Part shown: positions 42,435-52,921 of the stretch, in pieces
How the letters are laid out: every line of letters begins with the position of its first letter
Numbering within the stretch: position 1 is the stretch's first letter
Virus record (IMG/VR): IMGVR_UViG_3300044856_000241
Span: 64,001 to 128,000 of that record
Length of the DNA: 64,000 bases
Origin: a virus
Lineage: Duplodnaviria > Caudoviricetes
Strand: one strand, 5' to 3'
Translations under genes and position numbers: made by a program
Notes under the pieces: generated by a model
The model's input: only the letters and a program-made list of their open reading frames with translations
The model's database searches: none
Told to the model about the DNA's origin: nothing

Positions 42435-43152
42435 GATGTTTTACTCCTTTCGATAAATTCATAAGTATTTTTGTATTTTTCTCACGACAAATCCGTTTGA
42501 ATGAGTTGTCATAAGTTTTGGTTGTAATATGTAAGATTTCGCAAATCTCTTCTTTTTCATACCGATTTGCGATCATTAAAATTATCTCTCGTTGCAACGG
42601 AGACAGTTTATGTAAAAAAGCTAATGTCTCAGGATGCCATTTATTGTATTCTCCGTTATCCTGATCACAAACGAATTCTTCCATGTTAAATCCATCACCA
42701 ATTACTTCATGAACTCCAAGTTCATTTCCATCTTTATCTGTTTTAATCGGTGCATCCAATTTTACAGTTGGTAAGATAACTGGTCTCTTTTTACCATCTT
42801 CCTTATCTTTTACCTCGATGATTCCATTCTCATTACACAGATAATTTGTTCTACATTCTCTTCCTTGATCTCTTGACCAATCATAAAACGCTCGCGCCAG
42901 ATTAGATTTAAAATATCCTTCGAATCTACTGTTCTTCTCTTTTTCATATGTAAGTACGGATTCAATCAAGACAAACATAGCTTCGTCAATCAGATCATCA
43001 TAGAATTCATTTCCATCCAAATTCTTCCGTTTGATCATTTTGTAACAGGATTTTTTTAATAATTTCATGTCATTTTCGCAATATTCTTTGCAAATATCTA
43101 ATTGCCACGGCTCCAGATCAAGATTCTCATAGTTACTCAGTCGCATTGCCAT
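42427..43152 (-). CDS. phage-encoded sigma-70-family sigma factor
   Basis: DDLIDEAMFVLIESVLTYEKEKNSRFEGYF (region 2); LSPLQREIILM..EICEILHI (region 4 HTH). Confidence 0.8.
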   Translation of the reverse strand: MAMRLSNYENLDLEPWQLDICKEYCENDMKLLKKSCYKMIKRKNLDGNEFYDDLIDEAMFVLIESVLTYEKEKNSRFEGYFKSNLARAFYDWSRDQGRECRTNYLCNENGIIEVKDKEDGKKRPVILPTVKLDAPIKTDKDGNELGVHEVIGDGFNMEEFVCDQDNGEYNKWHPETLAFLHKLSPLQREIILMIANRYEKEEICEILHITTKTYDNSFKRICREKNTKILMNLSKGVKHHD

Positions 43153-43768
43153 CTACCTCATTTCCTTCTTCATCTGCTACTTCAACGATTCGATATCTGT
43201 ATTTCCGCCGTTTACATTTATTAATATTTGCTTGTACACCAGCTTTTGAAATCCCTCTTTTATCAAACGACTCAATAATGTCTTCCACAATATCCATCTC
43301 GTTCTTGATATCACGTCGTTTTCTTGCATTGATCCAGAGTCGCTTACACCATTTCCATGCAATATACATGTGGAACGATTCCGTAAACTCAATCTCATGA
43401 AGAATATCCGATCTCTCTTTATCAACCGTACTTAACTCTTTTGTAAGTTCAGGTTCTCTATCAATCGCTTCCTGAAGGATTTCTCTAGCAGCACCAATTT
43501 TCCCAACCCACCTTGTTACATTATCCGACGGCTCATATCCGGTATTCTCAATCACTTTCGGCTGTACTTTCGGTTTTGGCTCTGGAATATCTGGAATCGC
43601 TTCCACGTAAAAACCCATCTTTTTGAGTTGTTTAGGCAGTGCTTGTACAATATTGCAAGCTTTACTATACTCAAAAGTCCCTTTAAATTTTTCTGAGCAC
43701 GATACAAACCGTCCATTCTCATCTAAACGGATATATGTATTTCTCTTATTTTTGATCATATACCGCAA
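43133..43768 (-). CDS. hypothetical protein, first gene of the SOS-boxed operon
   Basis: Coiled coil, DILHEIE..RRDIKNE. Confidence 0.7.
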   Translation of the reverse strand: MRYMIKNKRNTYIRLDENGRFVSCSEKFKGTFEYSKACNIVQALPKQLKKMGFYVEAIPDIPEPKPKVQPKVIENTGYEPSDNVTRWVGKIGAAREILQEAIDREPELTKELSTVDKERSDILHEIEFTESFHMYIAWKWCKRLWINARKRRDIKNEMDIVEDIIESFDKRGISKAGVQANINKCKRRKYRYRIVEVADEEGNEVDGNATE

Positions 43769-44009
43769 TTTTTACCACTTCCTTTCTTCCCCACTGTATT
43801 CTCTACTGAATTTGGGTAAACTTAATAAACCTATTTATGTTTCAAAATAAGTATGAAAGACAAAAATTTTTGACTGTAAAAAATACACTTATTTCGTAAA
43901 AATAAGAAAATTAATTTCAATATTCAGTTTTGATTGTGTTGGATTGCCTTACGAACTGTAATTATGAAAAATATTATAAAAAATAAAATTACCAATAATT
44001 GCCAAGTGA

Positions 44010-44038
44010 TTGACAATGTTGAATAAAATATGTAAAAT
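44010..44038 (+). promoter_or_regulatory. sigmaA promoter, antisense to the SOS transcript leader
   Basis: TTGACA-17-TAAAAT, followed by hairpin 44081-44131 and a T-rich tail. Confidence 0.55.
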
Positions 44039-44148
44039 GAAATTGTCGTATAGCAACCTGTTTGTTATATGATTCTGTTTGAAAACAGCTAGTGCGAGGG
44101 ATTGCCGTCCCGTTTGTAGCACTGGCTGTTTTCTTGTTTGCAAGAATA

Positions 44149-44199
44149 ATGATAGAACAAATGTTCTTATTTGTCAATAGTTTTCCGAACGTCTGTTCG
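44149..44199 (-). promoter_or_regulatory. sigmaA promoter with two LexA (Cheo/SOS) boxes
   Basis: TTGACA (44172-44177)-17-TATCAT (44149-44154); AGAACAAATGTTCT 44154-44167 and CGAACGTCTGTTCG 44186-44199 match GAAC-N4-GTTC. Confidence 0.85.
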
Positions 44200-44235
44200 T
44201 GTCTGCGTTCTGTTTTTTGTTTGATGTCACCATTA

Positions 44236-44499
44236 TCATTCCAATCTCACTTGAGGGAATGATAAATTATGAATTAACGACTCTGGTACACCGTCCACCC
44301 CACATAACGAAATCCGTGAAAAGAAATCGTTGTCTTCATAATTAATACCTGAAGCATTATGGATAATTCGTTTGCTTTCCGTTTTATTAATTCTTGCTGG
44401 TTTCGTGTGAACGTATGTAACAGTATCAATCGTATCAATCCATATAAGTCCCTGAGCTTCGTCAATCATTTTTTTTGCCGTCTCTTTGCTAACGTACAT
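44236..44499 (-). CDS. hypothetical protein coupled to mazF
   Basis: TAATG overlap, RBS GGAGG. Confidence 0.65.
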   Translation of the reverse strand: MYVSKETAKKMIDEAQGLIWIDTIDTVTYVHTKPARINKTESKRIIHNASGINYEDNDFFSRISLCGVDGVPESLIHNLSFPQVRLE

Positions 44500-44879
44500 T
44501 ACGCCAAGACCTCCTTCCAATTGATGTCCTCTCCGTAGAAATATGAATTGAAGCAAACTTTATTAATCATATTTCTTTCAGACTGAGAAGTAACTGAACC
44601 AATCTTTCCAATCACTTCGTCTTTTGATATTGTAAATGGCTGTTCTCCAAGAACCATAGAAAATAAATTCAGACCGTTTTCTCCATCGGCTTCCAGGCAA
44701 CCATGTACAGGCATATCTGTCTTTTTAATTTTTGAAGTCAAAGGCATAACAGTAATTATATTTGAATGACGTGTGCCAATTGCGTTGCTTACGATCACAT
44801 ATGGACGTTTCTTAGTTTGAACTGATCCATGTTCATATTTAATTTCTGCTGTGATAATATCATATCTTTTCAGATCCAT
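44499..44879 (-). CDS. mazF: MazF/PemK-family endoribonuclease
   Basis: RYDII..GSVQTKKRPYVIVSN..ITVMPLTSK..EQPFTISK. Confidence 0.88.
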   Translation of the reverse strand: MDLKRYDIITAEIKYEHGSVQTKKRPYVIVSNAIGTRHSNIITVMPLTSKIKKTDMPVHGCLEADGENGLNLFSMVLGEQPFTISKDEVIGKIGSVTSQSERNMINKVCFNSYFYGEDINWKEVLA

Positions 44880-44949
44880 ATGTATCTCTCGCTCCTTCCT
44901 CTTATTATGTAAATTGCCTTTGTTTTTCTTTTCTCTTTCTATGGTTTAC

Positions 44950-45027
44950 ATTATATATCTATAGATAGTGTATGTCAAGATATATTATTGTAAAATATAT
45001 TATTTTTTGATATTATATCTATAGATA
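44950..45027. promoter_or_regulatory. divergent control region: consensus sigmaA promoter (minus) with two palindromic operators TATCTATAGATA
   Basis: TTGACA (44973-44978)-17-TATAAT (44950-44955); palindromes at 44956-44967 and 45016-45027. Confidence 0.85.
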
Positions 45028-45045
45028 TATAAGGAGAATATACCA

Positions 45046-45288
45046 ATGCTCAAATTTAAATTAAAAGAAATACTTGAAGAGGAACACAAATCAGGATACT
45101 GGTTGTCTAAATCGACTGGTATAGCCGCAAATGCAATTAGTAAAATGTGTAATCAAGAAACAACAAGCATCCGATTTGACACATTAGAAAAAATTTGTCT
45201 TGCTCTTAACTGTACTCCAGATGATTTATTCGAAAGTACTGATAAACAATTTAATATTCTTATCAATAAAGAAGACGGTACAAAATAA
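45046..45288 (+). CDS. Xre/Cro-CI HTH regulator (only clear plus-strand gene)
   Basis: LKEILEE..SGYWLSKSTGI..ISKMCN..IRFDTLEKICLALNCTPDDLF; RBS AAGGAG. Confidence 0.92.
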   Translation: MLKFKLKEILEEEHKSGYWLSKSTGIAANAISKMCNQETTSIRFDTLEKICLALNCTPDDLFESTDKQFNILINKEDGTK

Positions 45289-45304
45289 TGTACCGTCTCT
45301 TCTT
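45269..45304. terminator. bidirectional terminator between xre and the recombinase
   Basis: AGACGGTACA..TGTACCGTCT inverted repeat. Confidence 0.7.
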
Positions 45305-45311
45305 ATTATAT

Positions 45312-46289
45312 TTATAATCCTTTTAACATCTCTTTCATACCAACGGCACCATTTGAGTAATTGTTAACTGTCGTTGTCATGGATGTATGTCGTAACTGTT
45401 GCTGTGCAAATGCAATATTACCGGTTGTTCCAAGAAATGTGGCATACCAATGTCTCATCATATGTGGTGTAATTCCGTTTCCGTTATATTTAAATAACTC
45501 TTTAATAGTACTTTCGGTAACACGACTCCCTTTCTTAGTCAAAAACAAAGCCTCGCTATCAGGTTCCATACTTGCCCTAAGTACGATCCATTCACTTAAT
45601 TTCTTTGCTGCACTGTCAGTTAGAAAAACATCCTTCTTTTCAATTTCTCTATAATCTCCTTTACCAATTACACTGATATATGGCATGTCATCATTGAGAT
45701 GGATATCTCCTAAATCTAATCCGGCACACTCAATTTCTCTTATTCCAGTCCATTTTAATGTATAGAAAATTGCTAGATTTCTAATGCGCCAAAAATCATC
45801 TTTTCTGTTAGCTAATTTCTGTTCCATAGAATCCATTTGTGAATCGGTTGGCAGTTTCTTAAATAATCCATTTCCAGTTGACACGCCTCTGTATGATACA
45901 CTTCTTACAATATTATAATCAACTGGACATTTTCTACTTCTTACTAAATACTCCCAGAAACTACTAATTCGATTCTTTTCTGTTCCAAGCGTCGTTGGGG
46001 CGATACCGTTTGTTTCTCTTTCTCTTAAATACATCGTCACATCTTCAGCCTCAATCTCCAGGAAGTCTTCCGGTTCAATTTCTGAAATACTATCCTTTTT
46101 AATCAGTTTCTTTTCAATCGACCAGTTCAATAACTGTTTAATTGTAGCCCAATATGTGATGCAACTTGATTTGCTTTCCAAATTGATAAAATACTTCTGA
46201 ATAAACTGTGGAACACTATCTTGCTCAAATCTTCGCTGTAAATTTTCTTCATTTTTCTTCTGAACTTCATCTTTGTACATTCTGATCAA
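45312..46289 (-). CDS. tyrosine recombinase (XerC/D-like)
   Basis: RNLAIF..TGIREIE, GKG, TPHMMRH, LRH, Y in NNY: R-K-H-R-H-Y intact. Confidence 0.93.
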   Translation of the reverse strand: MIRMYKDEVQKKNEENLQRRFEQDSVPQFIQKYFINLESKSSCITYWATIKQLLNWSIEKKLIKKDSISEIEPEDFLEIEAEDVTMYLRERETNGIAPTTLGTEKNRISSFWEYLVRSRKCPVDYNIVRSVSYRGVSTGNGLFKKLPTDSQMDSMEQKLANRKDDFWRIRNLAIFYTLKWTGIREIECAGLDLGDIHLNDDMPYISVIGKGDYREIEKKDVFLTDSAAKKLSEWIVLRASMEPDSEALFLTKKGSRVTESTIKELFKYNGNGITPHMMRHWYATFLGTTGNIAFAQQQLRHTSMTTTVNNYSNGAVGMKEMLKGL

Positions 46290-46290
46290 C

Positions 46291-47285
46291 CTACCTTTCA
46301 GTATTTCTTAATGTGATTAAAAAAGATTCACAAATTCCAAATATTTGACAAAATGCTTCGTTCTTTTCTTTCTTTGAAAATTCATTATATCCATAATCAG
46401 ATATCCTTTTTATTCTTTCAAATAAATCTACCAACAATTGAGTAGAATCATTTTTATTATTTTCTTTTGCCATATTTAACCTACCTTTCTGCTATTTATG
46501 TTCTCTGTTGGATAATATTTACTTCTGATCCGACGTGCAATAACCATTTTTTCTTCAAAGTCATCACAAAATCTGACTTCTAAATTTTTAGTCGTAGAGT
46601 ATTTTTCTGAACAAATTTTATTAGCACACCATATGTCTTTAATGTGATTATTCGGTCTTTGATGTCTCCTCTGTAATCCATCTACTACAAAATTTTCCTG
46701 TAAACAATGTAAGCAAATAAATCTCGAACACTTCTTCGGATTTCCATTCTTATATCTCATATATTCTCTCTTTTCTCCAATAAAAAAGAAGCAGAATTGA
46801 TCTGCTTCCATACTTTATACATTATTTATTTTTCTTCAATATTTCCGTTACCTGCGCTACAGGTATTTTATATATTGCAGCCACTTTCTTTTTATCTCCA
46901 ACCGTTTTATATTCATTTACTATATCCTGATCTGTAAACCCATAATCCACCGATTTGTTTATACAATTTTCTATTTCTCTTTCCATATCTGTATCCATGT
47001 CTCTCTACTTTTAACAGAAATATAATCGCCATACTCTTTACTCTTCACATATTCAATTGCATTATCCACCATAACAGAATATCCATATGCTAAACTTATA
47101 CAATCTTCTGCAACATTAATTCCCTTTCGCGCCATAAGACTCAGATAGTCATATGCGGTTTTCTTGCTTGTAAAAGTAACATCCGCATAATAATTCCGAT
47201 TGTCTTCTGTTATTTGTAATTCTTCCTTTCGCTTTACTTCTACTTCTTCCATTTTCTGAATTTGTGTCTGTATCCGAATCAACAT
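46291..47285 (-). CDS. small hypothetical genes (46291-46473, 46476-46760 Zn-binding, 46971-47285)
   Basis: CLHC..HIKDIWC in 46476-46760. Confidence 0.55.
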
Positions 47286-47315
47286 ATATCTTTCCCTTCT
47301 TTCCCCATATGACAG

Positions 47316-47355
47316 AGTATATCACATTTCTTAACGAATAGCAAACAAATGTTTG
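47316..47355 (-). promoter_or_regulatory. extended -10 promoter overlapped by a degenerate LexA-like palindrome
   Basis: TTGCTA-17-TATACT with TG; CAAACAAATGTTTG at 47342-47355. Confidence 0.45.
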
Positions 47356-47361
47356 TATAAA

Positions 47362-47393
47362 AATACCGCCAATGATTTCTCATTGACGGTATT
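47362..47393 (-). terminator. hicAB terminator
   Basis: AATACCGCCAATGA/TCATTGACGGTATT hairpin with T run on the minus strand. Confidence 0.7.
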
Positions 47394-47406
47394 AATCTTA
47401 CCAATT

Positions 47407-47853
47407 TTACATTCTTCTCTCTAATTTCAATGTGCTTATTAATGCTTCTTGTAAAACATTTGATACATTTACACCTGCTTTTTCAGCTGCGCAATTTAAC
47501 CAATTTGGCAAAGATACATTTCTTCTAACAGTTGTCATGTCAATTTGTCTTCTATAATAAAAGAAATCAACATCAACATAAGTCAAAATTCCTTGTGAAA
47601 AATCAACAATATCACTATTTTTTTTAGCCATTTCAATAGCTTTAGCTTCAGTTGAAGGCATAGGTAATTTTTCATTGTTATCTTCCATTGATATTCCAGC
47701 TACACCAATAGCATCTCTTGCCATTTCGATTGCATCTGTAAAATCGTCACCTTCAGTAAAAATATCCATATCTGGGACATATACAAGGAATGAATGCTCT
47801 GAACCATCTCTTGTATCATATATAAAAGTAGGATAAGACTGTTTCATAATCAT
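47407..47853 (-). CDS. hicB: HicB antitoxin
   Basis: YPTF..VYVPD..TEG..DAIEMARDAI..RRNVSLPNWL..NVSNVLQEAL. Confidence 0.93.
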   Translation of the reverse strand: MIMKQSYPTFIYDTRDGSEHSFLVYVPDMDIFTEGDDFTDAIEMARDAIGVAGISMEDNNEKLPMPSTEAKAIEMAKKNSDIVDFSQGILTYVDVDFFYYRRQIDMTTVRRNVSLPNWLNCAAEKAGVNVSNVLQEALISTLKLERRM

Positions 47854-47863
47854 TTACCCCTTT

Positions 47864-48034
47864 CTACAAATTCCATTTCCTTATTATCATTTTTGCTAAC
47901 ATTTCATTTATTTCTTTATGTCTTGGAACTTTTTCTATATCATTCCCTCTTCTATAAATATCATGATTCCCGCCATGTCTTTCAAAAACAAACCCATTAT
48001 CTTCAAGTTTCTTAACTAAATCCCTTTGTTTCAA
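47864..48034 (-). CDS. hicA: HicA mRNA interferase (56 aa, TTG start)
   Basis: Manual ORF MKQRDLVKKLEDNGF..RHGGNHDIY..VPRHKEINE..; RBS AAGGAGGG; not in the track. Confidence 0.92.
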   Translation of the reverse strand: MKQRDLVKKLEDNGFVFERHGGNHDIYRRGNDIEKVPRHKEINEMLAKMIIRKWNL

Positions 48035-48060
48035 TAGTAATTATCCCTCCTTATACATAT

Positions 48061-48089
48061 ATAATACACACTATGGTGTGTATTGTCAA
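48061..48089 (-). promoter_or_regulatory. hicAB promoter with palindromic operator
   Basis: TTGACA-17-TATTAT; AATACACAC-TATG-GTGTGTATT. Confidence 0.8.
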
Positions 48090-48544
48090 CATGTAATAGC
48101 AAATCAATTACCAATTATGCCTTTGCTTTCTCCAAGCTCTCACGAACGAGCCTCATTCCTTCTTCTTTCTCTTCTTTACTATATCCTACCGCATTAAGTG
48201 CTTCTAATGCTCCGCATTCTGGACAAATTTCAGAATTATCAATTCTGGAAATAGCCGGTATTTCCGTATATTCTTTCCCGCATTTAGGACAAATTTTTGC
48301 TATCTTATTCATATTTTTATTTTTCTCCTTTTGAAATGTCTGTTTCGTTATCTTTAATCTTATCTCTTATCATATCTATACACTCAAAAACCATATCTTC
48401 TGGAATTTGATTAGCAATTTCTTCTACGTTATCATATGTTGCTCCTATACAATAAGCAATACAGCAAGCCATTTCGCTACACATCTCGATTGGATGTATT
48501 TTAATTTTATCTATTTCCATAATATATTCCTCATGAAAACAATT

Positions 48545-49078
48545 TTATCTATCCAAATATTTTACAGGTACTTCTTTAGTAAGCCAAACATTATTTACAG
48601 ACAAGAAAAATTTATACCCATCTTTATACATTTGACCTGCGTTTACTTGATATACAATTTCTTTTCCATGTCTTTTACCAACCTGTTCTGCTGTAGTTAT
48701 ATCTTTTGAGAGATGAACATACAACCTACTCTTTGGAATTAATCCAATCTTATCAATTGATTCGATATACTTCTCACCAGTTCCATGATACAAGAATTCC
48801 GGTGGACACTTCTCTTCTAATTCTACATCTACAGGAATAGAATGTCCTTGATTAGCACGAATTAATGTCATGTTATCATTGAAAGAATAACGCTGTTTGT
48901 TATCTGTCTTTACAATTTCTTCCAACAATTCAAAATTAAATCCATGATTATCTTTTTCGATTCCGCTTATCAAGTCATTTACATTTGCCCATCCATGCTC
49001 ATCAAGTTCAATTCCAATAACATCTGGTTTGTGTCTTAGAATTAAACTCATATATTTACTAATACTATTTAAATCCAT
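48545..49078 (-). CDS. kptA: RNA 2'-phosphotransferase (Tpt1/KptA)
   Basis: LRH.P, DNKQRY, IRANQGHS, LYHGT, RLYVHLS, NNVWLT. Confidence 0.95.
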   Translation of the reverse strand: MDLNSISKYMSLILRHKPDVIGIELDEHGWANVNDLISGIEKDNHGFNFELLEEIVKTDNKQRYSFNDNMTLIRANQGHSIPVDVELEEKCPPEFLYHGTGEKYIESIDKIGLIPKSRLYVHLSKDITTAEQVGKRHGKEIVYQVNAGQMYKDGYKFFLSVNNVWLTKEVPVKYLDR

Positions 49079-49448
49079 TTGTATCTCCCTTTTCTCTTCC
49101 TATTTATGAAAACAATCTTTCATTTATAATAAAGTCTACTATGTACTTCGCTACATGGAAAATTTTTTCTTATTGACTTTACCATTAATTTCGCATAAGT
49201 CTTTAGTCTTATTATATCATCAATGTCATCAGCTTTAGCAGAACAGATATGAATAACTTTATGTTGTCCTAAGTGACAACTTTCTTCTTTATTAACTGTA
49301 ACTACAACTTGTATCTCACATTGAGACATTTCCCATATTTCAATCCATATCCAATTTGGAGTAGGATACATTTTTATTTCTTGTATAACCTTATCATCAG
49401 ATAGCAATATATTCATAATACCACTCTCCCCATGAAAGCAATTTTTCA

Positions 49449-50034
49449 TTATGCTAATCTTCTTCCACTTTTTGCTTGATATTCAGCCCAACATTCATTA
49501 AATCTATTTGGGTTTATATCCTTGCTTCTAAGAAATCTTGCATATTTCCTTTTTCAATGGCTGCATTTCTTCTTTATAGATATCTTCATTGATCCAATTC
49601 CAAATATCCATATATGACATGTCATATTTCACGCCACGTTCAGGTTCCCATTCAAAAACATCAGCACATATAATATTGACCTTTTCGTTAAAATTAAGTT
49701 GCGATGCAACCAAATCAATTACTTCTTGATTCTTTTCGATCACAGTAATACTTTTTACTTCCGGCTTATCCTGAATTGCCATGATAATCATTCCAATTCC
49801 AAGACCACCAATAATAATATCTCCATATGCTTTTGAACAAAATTTTCTATTTGTATTCTTTTCCATATCTGTGTCTGACATAACACATTCTCCATTGTGT
49901 GTTAATCTAATATATGTCCCAGGCATAATCCCATCTAACATTGCTCTGAAATTGTCTTGTTTTATTTCAAATTTCTCTAATTTCCAGCCGTTATTTTCTC
50001 TTTCTTCTAGTAACTCTGACATATTTTTATACAT
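49449..50034 (-). CDS. class I SAM-dependent methyltransferase (spermidine-synthase-like); +1 homopolymer frameshift near the C-terminus
   Basis: IIIGGLGIG, VIEKNQEV, ADVF, MDIW; removing one base of the T5 run at 49550-49554 gives ..LKRKYARFL..CWAEYQAKSGRRLA* ending at 49449. Confidence 0.75.
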
Positions 50035-51558
50035 TCAATCACCTACTTTTTTAATCAAGTTTAAACCTCATTCCCATACATCATCATTATCAGCCAAAGA
50101 AGCATCAAATTTAAAATTATAACCTGTTTTATTCTTAACTATTTCTATTGCTTCATCATAACTTGTTGCTCTGATTACATAACAATAACTTGATGTGTCT
50201 TCTGCGTATTGCGGAATGTCCTTTACGATATATAAGTTCTTCTTCGTTTATTTTTCCTCCATCCAACGATCAGCAATAGTTTCCAATAAATCTGTTGTAA
50301 ATGGAACTGTCCAAGCACCAGAAATTCTATTGATATATTCATCTGCTGCCTTTCTCAACTCGCATCCTTCCGGAATAACACCTGTCTGTTGAAAATCTTT
50401 ATATTGCTGATAATACGTCTTTAATTCACTGTCCGTTGCGTTTTCAAAATAATTATAAAAATAAATTTGTTCTCCCATTCATTTCTCCTTTAATTATTAA
50501 TTACTTAGCTAATAACAAGATATCATCCCTATTAAATTCTACTAATCCATCAGCTTCTATAATATCTGCTAATTTGCAAACGATTTCTTTTTTCGCTTCA
50601 GAATTCCAATTTAAAAGTTCTCTCTTTATCCGCTCTTTTCCATCCATCTTACCAATATAATAATCTTCTAAAGTCATGAAGAAAAAATCATACTGATTGC
50701 CAAACATAGATGGTTTATTCTTCATATCGTTCAGATCCTTTAAAGTCTTTTTGTTTTTCATCTAATCACCTACCTGTTGAAATCGTTATTTCTTAGTTGA
50801 AAATAAACTGAAAGTCTCTATCATTTATTTCCACTGTAACAAGTTGTTTATTGTTGTCAAGAATATCTACAACCGCACTTTCATATTTTGCATATGCTGA
50901 TGTGCATTTATATTCCTTACCCTCTGTAAAGTGGTCGTCTGTTTTTCTACAAATAGCTTTATTATTTTCCATTTTTCTATCTCCAATCATCGCAAGAAAG
51001 TCGAATTTCCAATTATTTAAACTGCTTTTATTCTTCCTCTTCTCCATTCATAATTTCTATAATATCATCTAAATAACACGTATCTTCAACACATGGTTCA
51101 TTAGAAATTTCAAGTTCTTTATTGTTAAAATCAAAATTAAGATACATTCCATAATTGACACCACCTGTATTCACGGTTACATTCCAATCCCACATATCCA
51201 CGTCTGAATTTAACTTCTCAAAGCAATATGCCAATGCATTAACTGTATTATCAACATCTACTGAATATTTTTTCATAATAATCTGCCTCCTTTTAAGACA
51301 TGAAAGTTAAATTTCAACACATTTAAAATTTAAAATATTGACCAGGATAAGCATCCATATGTCCGAAACATACATTATCAAACCAAAGATATCCTTGATT
51401 ATCCCATGTAATTGTTTCCCCTTTTTCGATATGGACTTCTTTATTTACATTATTATTCTCTTTAGTAAATCCAATACCATCAAAATCTTCTATACATACT
51501 GCTGTACTCATTTTTACAGTCTCCTCTCATAATCATCTGAAAGTTAAATTCCTTTGCC

Positions 51559-52254
51559 TTATTCACTCTCAATATCAACTGGATTTTCCAATTTTAGAAA
51601 CTCATCTCTATGTTCTACCAATAATGCACTAGCAATTGCATTGATTTTGTTCTGGCAAAAGGACTCAATTTCTCCTTTTGCCTCCATGACCGTTTTGTCC
51701 ATCTGTTCATTAAACTGATCTGCAATAAATCCAATATTACTTCCAATATCATAATTTAAGATATTGAGCTTTTTTAAAATATTTTCTTTATCTGCCTTTG
51801 TAAGTGTCTTTTTTGATGAAAACAATTCAGCAACTTCATTTATTAATTCTTTTGACTTTTCCATTGCCTTATCTGTCTGCTCTTTAAATTCTCCTGTAAA
51901 TTGTTCTCTCTTGCTAACAAAATCACACGGAGGTATTTTCCCATCTTTCTCAGTATAGCGAATTGTTACTGGAATTCCTGTTCCTTGTCCAAAAGATGTA
52001 ATTGCCTCAGCAAATTGTGAATAACTCATTTCGACTTTTACAATAGGCTTGTCGCCAAAAATATCGTCACGATTTAACTCTCTTGTAATATCAGCATGTC
52101 TAAGTTCCATTGTAATCACATTACTATGTTCAATACTACTTCCGAATAATGGTGTCTTTCCGCCATAAGCTCTGTTAAATAACAATGTACCATAACTAGG
52201 ATGGCTTGTTTTTGTTCCAAATTTTGTTTCTTCTACTTTATATTCGTTTTTCAT
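51559..52254 (-). CDS. hypothetical protein with coiled-coil C-terminus
   Basis: HPSYG..LFGSSI.H..VEMSYSQFAEAITS.G.GIPVT; RBS GGAGGTG. Confidence 0.75.
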   Translation of the reverse strand: MKNEYKVEETKFGTKTSHPSYGTLLFNRAYGGKTPLFGSSIEHSNVITMELRHADITRELNRDDIFGDKPIVKVEMSYSQFAEAITSFGQGTGIPVTIRYTEKDGKIPPCDFVSKREQFTGEFKEQTDKAMEKSKELINEVAELFSSKKTLTKADKENILKKLNILNYDIGSNIGFIADQFNEQMDKTVMEAKGEIESFCQNKINAIASALLVEHRDEFLKLENPVDIESE

Positions 52255-52274
52255 GTTTTTACACCTCCACAAAA

Positions 52275-52321
52275 ACACTATATATAGCGCATAATTTAAT
52301 TTGTTGCACTATATATAGTTT
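52275..52321. promoter_or_regulatory. tandem NrdR-box-like sites
   Basis: ACACTATATATAGCG and GCACTATATATAGTT, 31 bp apart. Confidence 0.6.
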
Positions 52322-52883
52322 GTAAACTATGATAAAACTTTATATTTCATGTTTCTTTACATATGACCATGTAATATATTCTGGCGGTTGACCACAGATT
52401 TTAAACATTGTTACATTCTTACACCCAGATCTGATCAATCCATTTGCCTTTATTCTACCCTGACTTATATCATCAAAGTCGTCAAAAATCCAAGGTTCCG
52501 TTTCCGTAAATCCATTTCCGATTTTATCATTATAAGCAACTGCATACCTTTCGTTTTTCATAATTTATTTTCCATTCCATTTTTAAAACCTAGATTTCTT
52601 CTAAAATTGTCGCCACTCTGCTCATAATTATTTGTCTTTTATGGTTCTCAAAATCATTTTCTGCTCCTGTATAGCTATAATCTGGCAACCATCCTCTAGC
52701 AATATTTCTGATTTCTTGTGCTAATTCATCATTTGTCATTTCTGAAATTTCTTTTGATTGAGCATCATAATCTTCTTTATCATATTCCGTTACTGTATAT
52801 GTTCTCATATTTTATTATCTCCCTTCGAAAACTTGGTTTCAATCTATTATTTTATATTACATTATTCTCTGTCTACTTGCAAG

Positions 52884-52918
52884 AAAACGGTCTGCCAAAA
52901 ATAAGGCAGACCGTTTTA
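52884..52918. terminator. intrinsic terminator
   Basis: AAAACGGTCTGCC..GGCAGACCGTTTT. Confidence 0.8.
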
Positions 52919-52921
52919 TAT

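Noticed and set aside
40809-46289. Arbitrium (aimR/aimP) system
   Set aside because: No TPR receptor or signal-peptide propeptide is recognisable
45312-46289. att site / prophage boundary at the recombinase
   Set aside because: Phage-like genes continue on both sides; no host genes or tRNA att repeat nearby
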